A DNA stretch of 64,000 nucleotides from Leptolyngbyaceae cyanobacterium (GCA_050331235.1 JBHJHA010000020.1:1-64000), one strand, 5' to 3'. Shown: positions 28,925 to 39,842, counted from the first letter of the stretch. Notes: generated from the letters alone by a model not told the origin. Numbers and translations are program-made.

Positions 28925-29587
28925 TCAATGGGAATGGCTATGGAGTCGGGCCGATTCCGCCGCCGCCGCTACCACATTTTCGCTCGGTCCCAGACCATAC
29001 TGATATCGGATCAAGTTGATGATCGCAGGTAGGCCCTCTTGAGTTTTGAGATTTGTAAATATAAACGGCCGATCGCCCCGCATTTTTTGGGCGTCACGCC
29101 GCATGACCTCGAGGTCTGCCCCAACATAGGGCGCGAGATCAATTTTGTTGATCACCAAGACATCAGACTTCATGATGCCGGGTCCACCTTTACGAGGAAT
29201 CTTGTCGCCGGCCGCGACATCGATGACATACAAGGTCATTTCGACAAGCTCAGGACTAAAGGTGGCGGCTAAGTTATCCCCCCCGCTCTCCACAAAGACG
29301 ATATCTGGGGCAAACTGACTCACCAACCGATCAATGGCTTCCAAGTTGATTGAAGCATCATCTCGAATGGCCGAATGCGGGCAGCCGCCGGTTTCTACGC
29401 CGATGATGCGATCGCGCGCTAGAGCCTCACTTCTCACTAAAAACTGAGCATCTTCTTGGGTATAAATGTCATTGGTTACAACGGCGAGATTGTAACTACC
29501 GCGCATTTCTTTGCATAGGGCATCAATCAGCGCAGTTTTGCCTGAGCCGACGGGGCCAGCCACCCCCACCCGAAATGGTTTCACCAT
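28925..29587 (-). CDS. ureG: Urease accessory GTPase UreG
   Basis: [22 protein letters not shown] and NKID. Confidence 0.95.
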   Translation of the reverse strand: MVKPFRVGVAGPVGSGKTALIDALCKEMRGSYNLAVVTNDIYTQEDAQFLVRSEALARDRIIGVETGGCPHSAIRDDASINLEAIDRLVSQFAPDIVFVESGGDNLAATFSPELVEMTLYVIDVAAGDKIPRKGGPGIMKSDVLVINKIDLAPYVGADLEVMRRDAQKMRGDRPFIFTNLKTQEGLPAIINLIRYQYGLGPSENVVAAAAESARLHSHSH

Positions 29588-29693
29588 ATCACCTGCCTCA
29601 GTGATGACGTTTCTATTGTTGAGGCATTATAGCGATGCGGTGCCGCTCCAAACTGGTAACTAATCGACAGAAACCCTATGCAGAATCCTGCCG

Positions 29694-30386
29694 TTAACTA
29701 CGAAACAGTCGACTATATTGAGTTTCGTGTTGCATACTGGCGAGTGAAACGCCCCAGCTGCAGGCCATGAGATCATCAGCGGTCAGCGCTGCGATCGCCT
29801 CCTGAGCAGCTTGAATGGGTTCGTTCAACTGCTGCAAAATCCGCTGTCCCTCGGTCTGCCCGAGGGGGACTGCCCGCACTGCGGCACTCACTAGGTTGGC
29901 CGCCCACCCATGTAGATAAGCGATCGCGGCTGCCTCCAAGGGAATCTGCCAGGCTTGCGCTACTAAGCCATAGGCGATCGCATAGTTGCAGTTTTCTGCC
30001 TGAGTGAACGGTGGTAACCCTTGTGCAAGCTCAGGATTGAGGTCAGAAAATAGACGCAGCAGCGATTTGCCCATTTGCCAGCTTTGCGATCGCATTTCCT
30101 CCGTTTCCCGATAGGCCGATAGCCAGTCGTTCCAGTAGACCAAACGTTCAGCATTCGAGTTGATTGCCGCTCGGTAGCTCCACTGCATGATGCCTGTCTC
30201 CAGACGAATCCCGCCCCATTGCAACTCGTCAGACAGCCACCGGAGTAGTTCAGCCCCTGTAGCGATCGCCTGATTAGTAGCCAGCGTTTCAATGCCTTCT
30301 GAGTAGCTGTAGGCCCCAACCGGGAGAGCTGGGCTCGCCAACTGCAACAGCGTTAGCAAATGCACATGCGTAAAATTTACGGTCAT
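29694..30386 (-). CDS. ureF: Urease accessory protein UreF
   Basis: LPVGAYSYSEG, PLGQTEGQ and HETQYSRLFRS. Confidence 0.95.
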   Translation of the reverse strand: MTVNFTHVHLLTLLQLASPALPVGAYSYSEGIETLATNQAIATGAELLRWLSDELQWGGIRLETGIMQWSYRAAINSNAERLVYWNDWLSAYRETEEMRSQSWQMGKSLLRLFSDLNPELAQGLPPFTQAENCNYAIAYGLVAQAWQIPLEAAAIAYLHGWAANLVSAAVRAVPLGQTEGQRILQQLNEPIQAAQEAIAALTADDLMACSWGVSLASMQHETQYSRLFRS

Positions 30387-30518
30387 TTAGCCTGCCCTCA
30401 ACCTCGCCAAATCATACCCCTAGCCAAACTGAGCAGCCCACAGATTCACCCTGGCCGGTAGACCTTAAACGTAATGTGCGCCAAATCAATAATGGCTGTA
30501 CGGAGGGGAGCTAGCCCC

Positions 30519-31259
30519 CTATAAACGACGCATCAAGCTCTTACCGTGTGTATCTGTACCACAGGTAGTAAGGAGCCCTAACTCCTCAGCCAACTGCTGC
30601 ATTGAGGGGGTCTTCTTAGGGCAGGGCCGCCAAGCTTTGGGGTTGTCATAGGCATAGAAGGCTTCGATGCCGTCAATTCCATGCTCCACCGCCAGAGGCA
30701 CTAGATCTTCGGGAGAACGACGATAGCGACAGGGGTGTGCCAATACCGCAATCCCCCCCGCCAACTGAATTGATTGGATCACCTTGTCGGCCAGTTGCTC
30801 ATCGCCCCGAGGGGAGTAGTGATTGAGGTAAGGCTGCATCGCAGGATGGTTGGGCTGAAAGGCATATCCTAAAATATGTACTTCTACCCCTGCCAGCCGC
30901 GAGGTCACCTCAACGCCAACCCAAAGTCTGGGTAAACGTCGCATCCCCTGGTAGCGTCCCCGCCGCTGAATTGGAGCCGGATGCTTCCACTGCCAGTCTT
31001 CTAAATACTGTTTAGCCTGACGAAATCCACTCACTGTGTGGTGATCAGTAATCGCAAACTCCCGTAGGCCTAGGTTGATAGCTTGCTCCACCAGCATTTC
31101 TGGCGACAGCTGGCCGTCAGAATGTAGGGTATGCATATGAAAATTGAGTTCCCCTGGGCAGCTCGCCTCGGTGACAGTTTCGAAGATCCTTCGAAGCTCT
31201 AGAGCATTTCTCTGTAATGCCCCAGCCGAAACGCCTACTTGGGCGGGGCTAGTTACCAT
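30519..31259 (-). CDS. PHP-domain metallophosphoesterase
   Basis: HMHTLHSDG, ITDHH, LAHP and GTDTHG. Confidence 0.88.
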   Translation of the reverse strand: MVTSPAQVGVSAGALQRNALELRRIFETVTEASCPGELNFHMHTLHSDGQLSPEMLVEQAINLGLREFAITDHHTVSGFRQAKQYLEDWQWKHPAPIQRRGRYQGMRRLPRLWVGVEVTSRLAGVEVHILGYAFQPNHPAMQPYLNHYSPRGDEQLADKVIQSIQLAGGIAVLAHPCRYRRSPEDLVPLAVEHGIDGIEAFYAYDNPKAWRPCPKKTPSMQQLAEELGLLTTCGTDTHGKSLMRRL

Positions 31260-31629
31260 GACTGTCCTTGTTTTTTCTGATTACCACATATTTTCTTCAT
31301 CTAATATAACTGTCGCGAAAAGTTTGCGTATAGTTGTTTTTACCTTTCTCAAGGGGAATTCAGCTGGCGTAGCCAGCCATCTCCCCTCAACTGCCCCAAC
31401 CAGCACAGTTTGCTCTGCGCCAATTGCTCTGCACCAAAACGTCTTGAGAGTCGAGCTCTCAAGCTTGTTGCGAATACTTTCTGTATAAGCGACCTATACA
31501 TCGACCCCCGATGACCTTAGTTCTCTCTTGGCAAGGCGATATCAGCACGGCCCCGCCAGCCATAAAAATGAATAAAAGCTTTTCTTATGAGGTTTTTCCA
31601 CAACTCGAAAGAGGCTAAAACACTCGGCC

Positions 31630-31716
31630 TTGAAGACATTCTCTCAAATTTTAGTTGAGAGTGTTTATCAACAATGCTAGGATGCTTCACATTGTTCTAA
31701 CTGCATTTATTCTCAA
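31630..31716 (+). promoter_or_regulatory. Fur-box-like AT-rich dyads upstream of futA
   Basis: TTGAAGACATTCTCTCAA, TTGAGAGTGTTTATCAA (31655-31671) and CTGCATTTATTCTCAA. Confidence 0.5.
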
Positions 31717-31732
31717 CAAGGACCTGTTTACG

Positions 31733-32785
31733 ATGCACAAGTTTACGCGACGCTCATTTTTGGTTGCAGGGGGCGCTACTATCGCGTTGACCGCGGCTCA
31801 GCTCAACCGTCCCCGCCGAGCGATTGCTCAAACAGAAGAGATCAACCTTTATTCTTCTCGTCACTACAACACCGATGACGCGCTTTACGAGGGCTTTACC
31901 GAACAGACTGGTATCCGCGTCAACTTAATTGAGGGCAATGCAGACGAATTGCTCGAGCGCATTTTGAATGAAGGCGATAACAGTCCGGCTGACATTTTTA
32001 TGACTGTTGATGCCGGTCGTTTGTGGCGGGCGGCACAGGCAGATATCTTCGCCCCCGTAACTTCATCTATTTTGACGGAGCGCATTCCCGCCAATTTGCG
32101 GGATCCCGATGGGTTGTGGTTTGGCTTTTCTAAGCGGGCTCGCGTCATCATGTACAACCGCGATCGCGTCAACCCTGCCGAGCTATCGGCCTATGAGGCA
32201 TTGGCCGAACCCAAATGGAATGGACGCGTCTTAATTCGTTCATCGAGCAACATTTACAACCAGTCTTTGGTTGCCGGCATGATCGAAACGAATGGTTTAG
32301 AGGCGACTGAAACTTGGGCTGAGGGGCTCGTGAGCAACTTTGCGCGCTCTCCTGAAGGCAACGATACCGCTCAAATTAGGGGAGTAGCAGCGGGTCTAGG
32401 CGATGTTGCCATTGCTAATAGCTATTACCTAGCTCGCTTAGGCAAATCAGACGATCCGGCTGATCAACTCGTATTTGAGAAGGTTGGGGCTTTCTTCCCG
32501 AACCAGCGAGGTCGGGGCACCCACGTCAATATCAGCGGAGCAGGTCGACTGAGCACCGCGCCGAATCCAGAAGGGGCGATCGCCTTTTTGGAATATCTAT
32601 CCACCCCACAAGCTCAGGCCTTTTTTGCGGAGGGTAATAACGAGTATCCCGTCGTTGAGGGGACTGAGATTGATCCAATCTTGGCTAGCTTTGGCGACTT
32701 TAAAGAAGACGAAGTGGATGTCGAAGCCTACGGCAGCAACGCCAGTGCAGCAGTGCAACTCATGGATCGAGCCGGTTGGGAATAA
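31733..32785 (+). CDS. futA: Fe(III) ABC transporter periplasmic binding protein FutA/IdiA
   Basis: Tat signal TRRSFL; YSSRHY, TVDAGRL, NIYNQSL and NSYY iron-binding motifs. Confidence 0.93.
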   Translation: MHKFTRRSFLVAGGATIALTAAQLNRPRRAIAQTEEINLYSSRHYNTDDALYEGFTEQTGIRVNLIEGNADELLERILNEGDNSPADIFMTVDAGRLWRAAQADIFAPVTSSILTERIPANLRDPDGLWFGFSKRARVIMYNRDRVNPAELSAYEALAEPKWNGRVLIRSSSNIYNQSLVAGMIETNGLEATETWAEGLVSNFARSPEGNDTAQIRGVAAGLGDVAIANSYYLARLGKSDDPADQLVFEKVGAFFPNQRGRGTHVNISGAGRLSTAPNPEGAIAFLEYLSTPQAQAFFAEGNNEYPVVEGTEIDPILASFGDFKEDEVDVEAYGSNASAAVQLMDRAGWE

Positions 32786-32816
32786 AGCCGACGCTTAGAT
32801 AACCATTGCCAAAGTC

Positions 32817-32849
32817 AAGGCAGCTAGGGCAATTTTGTCCAGCTGCCTT
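32817..32849 (+). terminator. Stem-loop after futA
   Basis: AAGGCAGCT...AGCTGCCTT inverted repeat. Confidence 0.55.
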
Positions 32850-32994
32850 CTGTGTTTATGGTCATTACAGATGACCGTCCGCTATAGCTGGATAGCGTGA
32901 CAGCTGAGCGGCCATGCTCACCAGCCGTCTAACATTCGGTTTTATACTGTCAAAAGAATATCCAAACTCCCTGTTTCCCTGGACATCACCGTTT

Positions 32995-33888
32995 ATGACT
33001 GTTCAACTAACGGCTCCCCAGAGCCTCGAAAAAAAATTCTGGAGTTGGCAAGGACATCAGATTTGCTACACCAGCCAAGGCAGCGGCCAGCCCCTCGTTC
33101 TGATTCACGGCTTTGGGGCCTCGATTGGTCACTGGCGCAAAAACATCCCCGTGCTGGCTGCAGCAGGCTATCAAGTTCATGCCCTTGACCTACTGGGGTT
33201 TGGTGCATCTGATAAGCCCCATCTGCCGTTTACTCTGGAGCTTTGGGAGTCTTTGCTCCAAGACTATTGGCGGGCTCACATCAATCAGCCGGCGGTCTTC
33301 GTCGGCAACTCCATTGGGGGGCTGCTGACCCTTATGTTGCTGGCTCACTCCCCTGAGATGGCCCAAGCTGGGGTCCTGCTGAACTGCGCAGGGGGTCTGA
33401 ATCACCGTCCTGAGGAGTTGGCCCCACCACTCCGGTTAATTATGGGCACTTTTAGCAAAGTAGTTGGGTCAAAGTGGTTAGGCCCAATCGTTTTCAACGA
33501 AGTCCGGCGGAAATTTCGTATTCGCGGCTCACTCCAGCAGGTTTATCGCAACCGAGCCGCGATTACTGATGATTTAGTAGAGATGCTCTATCGACCTTCC
33601 TGTGATCCTGGAGCCCAAAAGGTGTTTGCCGCCATTCTCTCAGCCCCCCCCGGCCCCAAGCCCGAGGGTTTGCTACCTCAGATTAAACAGCCGCTCTTAG
33701 TGCTTTGGGGGGCAGATGATCCGTGGACGCCAATTCAAGGGTCTGCCATCTACCGCGAACTGAGTGAAACAGATGCGATCGCCCCGGCGGTCGAGTTTCA
33801 CGCCATTCCCGATACGGGGCACTGTCCGCATGATGAGCGTCCTGAGGTTGTCAATCCGTTAATGATTGACTGGCTCCAGGCACTGTAG
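32995..33888 (+). CDS. Alpha/beta-fold hydrolase
   Basis: HGFG, GNSIGG, WGADDPW and GHCPHDE; start adjusted. Confidence 0.9.
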   Translation: MTVQLTAPQSLEKKFWSWQGHQICYTSQGSGQPLVLIHGFGASIGHWRKNIPVLAAAGYQVHALDLLGFGASDKPHLPFTLELWESLLQDYWRAHINQPAVFVGNSIGGLLTLMLLAHSPEMAQAGVLLNCAGGLNHRPEELAPPLRLIMGTFSKVVGSKWLGPIVFNEVRRKFRIRGSLQQVYRNRAAITDDLVEMLYRPSCDPGAQKVFAAILSAPPGPKPEGLLPQIKQPLLVLWGADDPWTPIQGSAIYRELSETDAIAPAVEFHAIPDTGHCPHDERPEVVNPLMIDWLQAL

Positions 33889-34186
33889 TAACCCTCAAGC
33901 GAATCTGGGGCTAGGTCGTCGGAGCCGCAACTGGAGAATCGTAAAGGTCAGTCAGGTCTAGTTTTGATTCGGGCTGATGTTGCAAAGCACGGCTCTGCGG
34001 TACCCCGCGATCGCTCCGACCACCCTCCCTTAATCGGGAATTAAACGCATCAATGACTTTTGTTAATCTTCCACACATCGACTTTCGCTATCCTGAGCCA
34101 CAGGGCTTGGGGTGTGGAAGTCCCGTATCTGTTTCGCGCCCATCAAACTGCTCATTTGTTCCATTGCTTTTATTTGAGCTGCACCT

Positions 34187-34882
34187 ATGACAACCGTATT
34201 TGATTTTTTGGCAAAAGGTGGCCCCGTCATGGTGCCGATTTTGGGTTGCTCAGTGCTGACGATTGCCACTGCCTTTGAGCGCACCTGGTTTTGGACAAGT
34301 CTGCTGCAGCGGGAAAGTCAAGTTGCTAACGATGTGTTGGAAGCAGCCCGGCATGACCTAGACGAAGCCGCAGCGATCGCGAGCGGTGCTAGTGACACTC
34401 CTATCGGGCGTTTTTTGCTAGCTCCTTTGCGGCTCAAACATCCCTCACCGGAGACCTTTCGGCTAGCCCTCGAAAACGCTGGTGATAAAGAGTTTGTCAA
34501 AATGCGACGGGGCGACAAGATTCTAGAAACGATCGTCGCCGTGGCCCCACTTCTGGGTTTGCTGGGTACCGTAACGGGTCTAATTGCGACCTTCAATAAT
34601 TTAGACATCGGCAGCGGTGGGGGCACCGATACCTCCCAAGCAGCGGCCGGTATTGGTGAGGCCCTGATTACCACGGCGGCGGGCATGGTGGTTGCCATCA
34701 TGGCGTTGTTAGTATTCCGGGTGATGGTGACCTTTCAGGGGCAGCAGATCGACTATTTTTCGGAAGCAGGCAACGAACTGGAGCTGATTTACCGACAATG
34801 TTGGTACGAGCCCGCTTTGTCCGCCATGGATGGCCATCCCGATCATTCTCCGGCCGAGCCGATCCCGGCGGAACGGTACTAA
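34187..34882 (+). CDS. exbB: MotA/TolQ/ExbB proton channel protein
   Basis: APLLGLLGTVTGLI and GIGEALITTAAG. Confidence 0.9.
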   Translation: MTTVFDFLAKGGPVMVPILGCSVLTIATAFERTWFWTSLLQRESQVANDVLEAARHDLDEAAAIASGASDTPIGRFLLAPLRLKHPSPETFRLALENAGDKEFVKMRRGDKILETIVAVAPLLGLLGTVTGLIATFNNLDIGSGGGTDTSQAAAGIGEALITTAAGMVVAIMALLVFRVMVTFQGQQIDYFSEAGNELELIYRQCWYEPALSAMDGHPDHSPAEPIPAERY

Positions 34883-34902
34883 CCCCATAGCCAGAGGTTG
34901 CC

Positions 34903-35316
34903 ATGCGCTTTCGTGATACGAAAGATACTCCGCCCCCTCAGGTGGATTTGATTCCCATGTTGACGGTCATGATGGGGGTGCTGGCGTTTTTTGTCGTGGT
35001 CACCCTGACCCTTGGCAGCGAAGAGAAAATTGATATGAAGCTGCCCGCTGCTCAGTCTGAAGACCAGCCGGCACCCACCTCATCGACGCTCCCTTTCATT
35101 GTCGAAATGGAGGCTAACGGCGGCTTTCAGGTGAACAATGAACCTATTGATAAAGACACTCTAAAAGTGCGTATGGAAGCCTACCTCAACGCCGATGAGG
35201 ATAACGTTGTCTATCTACTGCCCAATCGAGAGTTGCCCTACGAGCAGGTCATCCAGTTTTTGGGAGAAATGCGAGCGGTGGGGGGCGATCGCGTGACCTT
35301 AGCGATCGAAGAATAG
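34903..35316 (+). CDS. exbD: ExbD/TolR protein
   Basis: VDLIPMLTVMMGVLAFFVV; the canonical TM Asp appears replaced by Thr. Confidence 0.85.
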   Translation: MRFRDTKDTPPPQVDLIPMLTVMMGVLAFFVVVTLTLGSEEKIDMKLPAAQSEDQPAPTSSTLPFIVEMEANGGFQVNNEPIDKDTLKVRMEAYLNADEDNVVYLLPNRELPYEQVIQFLGEMRAVGGDRVTLAIEE

Positions 35317-35374
35317 GCCGATCGATAAGTCCCAATCAAATACCGTTTATTTAAGTCCAACTGCAGTCACTGCC

Positions 35375-35788
35375 ATGCGCCGAAATCGACCCGCGTCTAA
35401 AATTCCCGAAGTCAACCTCGTTCCCATGATGGACGTGCTGATGACGGTGCTGACCTTTTTCATTATCATCTCTATGAGCCTGACCGGGCGACAACTGCTC
35501 GGCATCGACATTCCTAGTGAAGTGGAGGGAGTCGACGAACCGGTTGAAGAAGAAGAACAAACTGCCGCGCTAATTATCGGTTTAGACAGCGGTGGCGCGA
35601 TTTTATTTGAAGACCAAAAGATCAGCTTTCAACAACTAACCCAAAGAATTCGCACCTATTTTTCGGAAAACCCTGACGGCACTTTAATCCTCAAGGCCGA
35701 TAAGGAACTGCCCTACGACGAAGTTGCTAACTTTTTGACGGATTTACGGGATATCGGTGGCAATCGAGTTTCCCTCGCGGTGGAATAA
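35375..35788 (+). CDS. exbD: ExbD/TolR protein
   Basis: VNLVPMMDVLMTVLTFFII and LKADKELPY. Confidence 0.88.
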   Translation: MRRNRPASKIPEVNLVPMMDVLMTVLTFFIIISMSLTGRQLLGIDIPSEVEGVDEPVEEEEQTAALIIGLDSGGAILFEDQKISFQQLTQRIRTYFSENPDGTLILKADKELPYDEVANFLTDLRDIGGNRVSLAVE

Positions 35789-35980
35789 ATTGCCTGGCTG
35801 GACGCGATCGCACCCTGTTGTCAATAACTCGCAATACTGAACTTCCGGTGTCTCGCTCCGTTGGCTCCTCCGCGACCGTTTCAGCCGCGATCGTTGTTAT
35901 ACGCAGGGCCGCGAGGGTAGCCCGCAATAGGCTAGACCACTATAATTTTTATGGCAGTTATCAGGTATTCAGGAACATTT

Positions 35981-36451
35981 ATGGACCTTGGCGCACTGGA
36001 CCCCATCAAGCCCTATTTGAACTTTTTTCACCCCATTTTTATGTGGGCGTTGCTCGCACTCAGCATCTATGCCCTGTATTTAGGTCTCAAAATTCGCGAA
36101 ACTCGCTCAGCCGAAGGCGATAAACGCAAGGAATTGATTAAGGGTAAATTCAACAGCCGCCATCACAATATGGGCTCGGCTCTGTTGGCCTTGATGGTGC
36201 TTGGCAGCATCGGAGGGATGGCGGTCACCTACATCAACAACGGCAAACTGTTTGTGGGTCCACATCTATTAGTGGGCTTGGGGATGACGGGCATCATTGC
36301 TACGTCTGCTTCCCTCGTTCCCTTTATGCAAAAGGGCAATGATATCGCTCGCTCGGCTCACATCACCCTCAATATCGTGTTGGTCGGGTTGTTTGGCTGG
36401 CAAGCGGTGACCGGGATGCAAATTGTGCAGCGGATCTTAGACAACTTCTAG
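35981..36451 (+). CDS. DUF4079-family membrane protein
   Basis: FFHP, RHHNMGS, NNGKLFVGPHL, ARSAHITLN and WQAVTG. Confidence 0.8.
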   Translation: MDLGALDPIKPYLNFFHPIFMWALLALSIYALYLGLKIRETRSAEGDKRKELIKGKFNSRHHNMGSALLALMVLGSIGGMAVTYINNGKLFVGPHLLVGLGMTGIIATSASLVPFMQKGNDIARSAHITLNIVLVGLFGWQAVTGMQIVQRILDNF

Positions 36452-36619
36452 AGCACAAGCGGAATTTTCTGCTTCGGAGCCAGGTTTTGTTTCTTCGCTT
36501 GCTGACAAGCTCGTTGACCAAGACCTGGCTTGGTTATCTTGGCTCTCGCGAAAGCTGCCCCCATTCCGTTGATTCTTTCATCGGTTTTTTAGGCGTGTTA
36601 CTCCCTGTACAGTGACCAG

Positions 36620-39586
36620 ATGAACCTTTCTACCTTTGGGGTAATGCTAGCGATCAGCGCGATCGCGTTTATCATCGGCGGGCTACCGATCATTGCTGGG
36701 TTGGTACAGGGGTTGACTCAGCAACGGCTCACCCAACTCGGCACCGGCAACATCAGCGTCTCGGCAGCGTTTTACCATGGGGGGACAAAGGTAGGGCTGC
36801 TGGCAGTGCTCTCGGAAGCGCTGAAAGGCATCGGTGTTGTCCTGCTGGCTCGCTGGTTGCTGCCAGACTTGAGCGCTGGCGAGATCGTTGCGCTGATTGC
36901 GCTGGTAGCTGGACGCTTCACCCTGGGGCGGGGGGCCGGCACGACCAACGTCGTTTGGGGCTATATTGCTCACGATTGGGTCATTGCGGCTAGCATCTTC
37001 GCCGTGTCGGGGATCTTGTTTATTCTGATGCGGCGGCGGCAAACAGCGCGTCTAGGAATATTGGTGCTGATACCGCTATTCGAAGCGCTGCGACGTCCTA
37101 ATGAACCCGGCGCGATCGCTGCCGCCACTATTCTCAGCCTGCTGATTGCCTGGATTTACCAGCAACTGCCAGATGATTTGGCCCTGTCTCGTCAGCCCAC
37201 CTCAACGAGCTCTCGCAAGATGTTTCAATTTTTGAAAGGATCTGAGGTAATTGGGTCACTCAACGACCCGCCCAATGCTGCCCAAATGGGACAAAAAGCC
37301 GCCACTTTAGCGCAGCTCAAACAAAGGGGTTACGTCGTACCCGAGGGTTGGGTGTTGCCCCCTGCAAGTTCTGTACCATCACTCATTGCGCACCTAGAGA
37401 AATCTAACGCTGACCCGTGGCAGCAGGCTTGGGTTGTTCGCTCCTCTGCAATCGGTGAGGACAGTCCAGACACTTCTGGGGCAGGGCAATATACCTCGAT
37501 CGCTGGCGTCATGAGTGCGACTGTCATGGCAGCGGCGATCGCTGAGTGTCGAGCGGCTTACTTTCAGGCAGGGGCCGCCCAATATCGGCGCGATCAGGGG
37601 CTGGTAGACCAGGCGGGCCTCTCACTGCTAGTCCAGCAGCAAATTACGGGGCAGTTTTCAGGGGTAGCCTTTAGCCGCGACCCGGTCCAGCCGGATGATG
37701 CGGTGCTGGTCGAGGCCCTGGCTGGCGGCGCTGATCAAGTTGTTTCCGGCAGGGTTACCCCCCAGCAATATCGCATCACTGTCGATGAGACGGCGATCGC
37801 TTCGTGCTTACCCACTGACTTTGCTACGCTCACGCTGCCCTTGGAGCCTGAAACCACGGTCCCCCCCGCATTAATCGATCAGGTGGCAGCTCTGGCTCGG
37901 CATTTAGAGCTCTACTATCATGGCATTCCCCAGGATATCGAATGGAGCTATGACGGCAAAACGCTGTGGCTGCTCCAGGCTCGCCCCATCACGACCTTAA
38001 CGCCGATTTGGACACGTAAAATCGCAGCGGAGGTCATCCCAGGAATGATCCGCCCGTTGACTTGGTCGATCAACCGACCACTCACCTGCGGTGTTTGGGG
38101 TCAACTGTTCACCATTGGTCTAGGCAAACGGGCGGCTGGCCTCAACTTCGAAGACACGGCCACACTGCATTATTCCCGTGCCTATTTCAACGCGACACTG
38201 CTGGGTCAACTGTTTCGTCGCATGGGGCTGCCACCCGAAAGCCTAGAGTTCCTCACCATGGGGACCAAATTCAGCCGACCGCCCTGGGCAAGCACCCTGG
38301 GCAATCTCCCAGGGCTGCTACGGTTGCTCAAGCGGATGTGGCAGCTACCCTCAGACTTTGAGCAGGACGATCACCAAACCTTGGCTCCAGCAATTCAATT
38401 TCTGCGTGAGCAGCCAGCGACAACGCTCACTGTGCCTGAGCTATTTGAGCGCATTGACTCAATTCTGACGCAGCTCAATAAAGCCACTTATTACAATATC
38501 TTGGCTCCCCTAAGCTTTGCCCTGCTTCGGGGCATTTTTAAAATTCCTGAAACGGCCCTCGACCCACAGCACCAGCCCGAGATCGCTTCGCTGCAGTTGG
38601 TGAAAGCACTGGCTCAGCGGGCACAGCAGCAGGCACCCGAGGTGATAGCCCGACTTAGGGATGCGGCGGCGTCTACGGCTCCGGCAGACCTCTGGCAAGG
38701 GTTGTTGCAGACGCCCGGGGGTCAAGCGATCGCGGCTGATCTAGCAGACATCATTCAGCAGTACGGCTACCTCAGCGAGGTAGGAACTGACATTGCCGTT
38801 CCCACTTGGCAGGAAGATCCCCAACCGGTTCAAACGTTGCTGATTCAATTTTTGCTCAATCCTCCACGGGCAGCGACCAGCGCCGAGTCAGACTCAGAAA
38901 GGCAGGCCAGTAATTGGCGCTATCGACAGGTACAGCAGCGATTTGACCTCAAGGGCAGAGTTGCCACGGTTTATCTCATCCTCCTAGCAGAATTGCGCTG
39001 GAGTTTGTTGGCCCTAGAGCAAACTGCGATCGCCCATCGTTTGCTGGACGAGCCTGGGGATGCTTTTTTCCTTACCGATGCCGAGCTGAAAACTTGCCTA
39101 ACTAATCACGAAACCATGCAGGCCTTAGTGACTCAGCGGCGATCGCAGTTTGCACAGCACGGCGCTTTTGCCACTGTGCCGTTCGTGGTATATGGCAATA
39201 CGCCCCCCCCGGATCTGCATCCAGGCAGCTCTGATCTGCCCCTTTCGGCCAAGTTCCAACAGGGAATTGGGGCTAGCCCTGGCCAAGTCGAGGGGACCGT
39301 AAGAGTTCTCACTTCACTCCAGCTATCAGAAAAATTAGCTCCCAATACGATTTTGGTGGTGCCATACACCGATGCCGGTTGGGCCCCCGTCCTCGCACAG
39401 GTAGCCGGGCTCATCGCCGAAGTAGGCGGTAAGCTATCCCATGGGGCGATCGTCGCTCGAGAATATCAGATTCCTGCGGTCATGAATATTGCGGATGCCA
39501 CTCAACAATTTCATGACGGTCAGCGGATTCGCATCGATGGACGCTTCGGAACCGTTGAAATTCTCGATGAGATAACCACAACTTAG
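36620..39586 (+). CDS. Fusion protein: degenerate PlsY-like membrane domain + PPDK ATP-grasp + central domain + swivelling phospho-His domain
   Basis: GTGNISVS / EALKG; GQKAATL, VRSSAIGED, QDIEW...LLQARPIT; GGKLSHGAIVAREY. Confidence 0.88.
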   Translation: MNLSTFGVMLAISAIAFIIGGLPIIAGLVQGLTQQRLTQLGTGNISVSAAFYHGGTKVGLLAVLSEALKGIGVVLLARWLLPDLSAGEIVALIALVAGRFTLGRGAGTTNVVWGYIAHDWVIAASIFAVSGILFILMRRRQTARLGILVLIPLFEALRRPNEPGAIAAATILSLLIAWIYQQLPDDLALSRQPTSTSSRKMFQFLKGSEVIGSLNDPPNAAQMGQKAATLAQLKQRGYVVPEGWVLPPASSVPSLIAHLEKSNADPWQQAWVVRSSAIGEDSPDTSGAGQYTSIAGVMSATVMAAAIAECRAAYFQAGAAQYRRDQGLVDQAGLSLLVQQQITGQFSGVAFSRDPVQPDDAVLVEALAGGADQVVSGRVTPQQYRITVDETAIASCLPTDFATLTLPLEPETTVPPALIDQVAALARHLELYYHGIPQDIEWSYDGKTLWLLQARPITTLTPIWTRKIAAEVIPGMIRPLTWSINRPLTCGVWGQLFTIGLGKRAAGLNFEDTATLHYSRAYFNATLLGQLFRRMGLPPESLEFLTMGTKFSRPPWASTLGNLPGLLRLLKRMWQLPSDFEQDDHQTLAPAIQFLREQPATTLTVPELFERIDSILTQLNKATYYNILAPLSFALLRGIFKIPETALDPQHQPEIASLQLVKALAQRAQQQAPEVIARLRDAAASTAPADLWQGLLQTPGGQAIAADLADIIQQYGYLSEVGTDIAVPTWQEDPQPVQTLLIQFLLNPPRAATSAESDSERQASNWRYRQVQQRFDLKGRVATVYLILLAELRWSLLALEQTAIAHRLLDEPGDAFFLTDAELKTCLTNHETMQALVTQRRSQFAQHGAFATVPFVVYGNTPPPDLHPGSSDLPLSAKFQQGIGASPGQVEGTVRVLTSLQLSEKLAPNTILVVPYTDAGWAPVLAQVAGLIAEVGGKLSHGAIVAREYQIPAVMNIADATQQFHDGQRIRIDGRFGTVEILDEITTT

Positions 39587-39811
39587 GAAATCTGAGGGCC
39601 TTTCTTTCGACTCTCTCCCTGCCACAACTCTGGCAGCCAACTTCCCTAAGTGCTTGAGCGCTCTCATGACGTCTTGAAGACTAATCATTGCTCTGGTTTG
39701 TCCATCGAGGGCGAGCCAAACCTGCTGTTTTGTCTTATGACAACCTGCTTGCCATAAGACACTCAAACTTTTATCCGGGCACAAAGTCTAGTTCAGCCGC
39801 TTTACAGCCGC

Positions 39812-39842
39812 AAAAAAAGCTCCAGGCAACTGCCCGAAGCTT
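39812..39842 (-). terminator. Intrinsic terminator of rbp
   Basis: Minus strand AAGCTTCGGGCAGTTGCCTGGAGCTTTTTTT. Confidence 0.75.
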
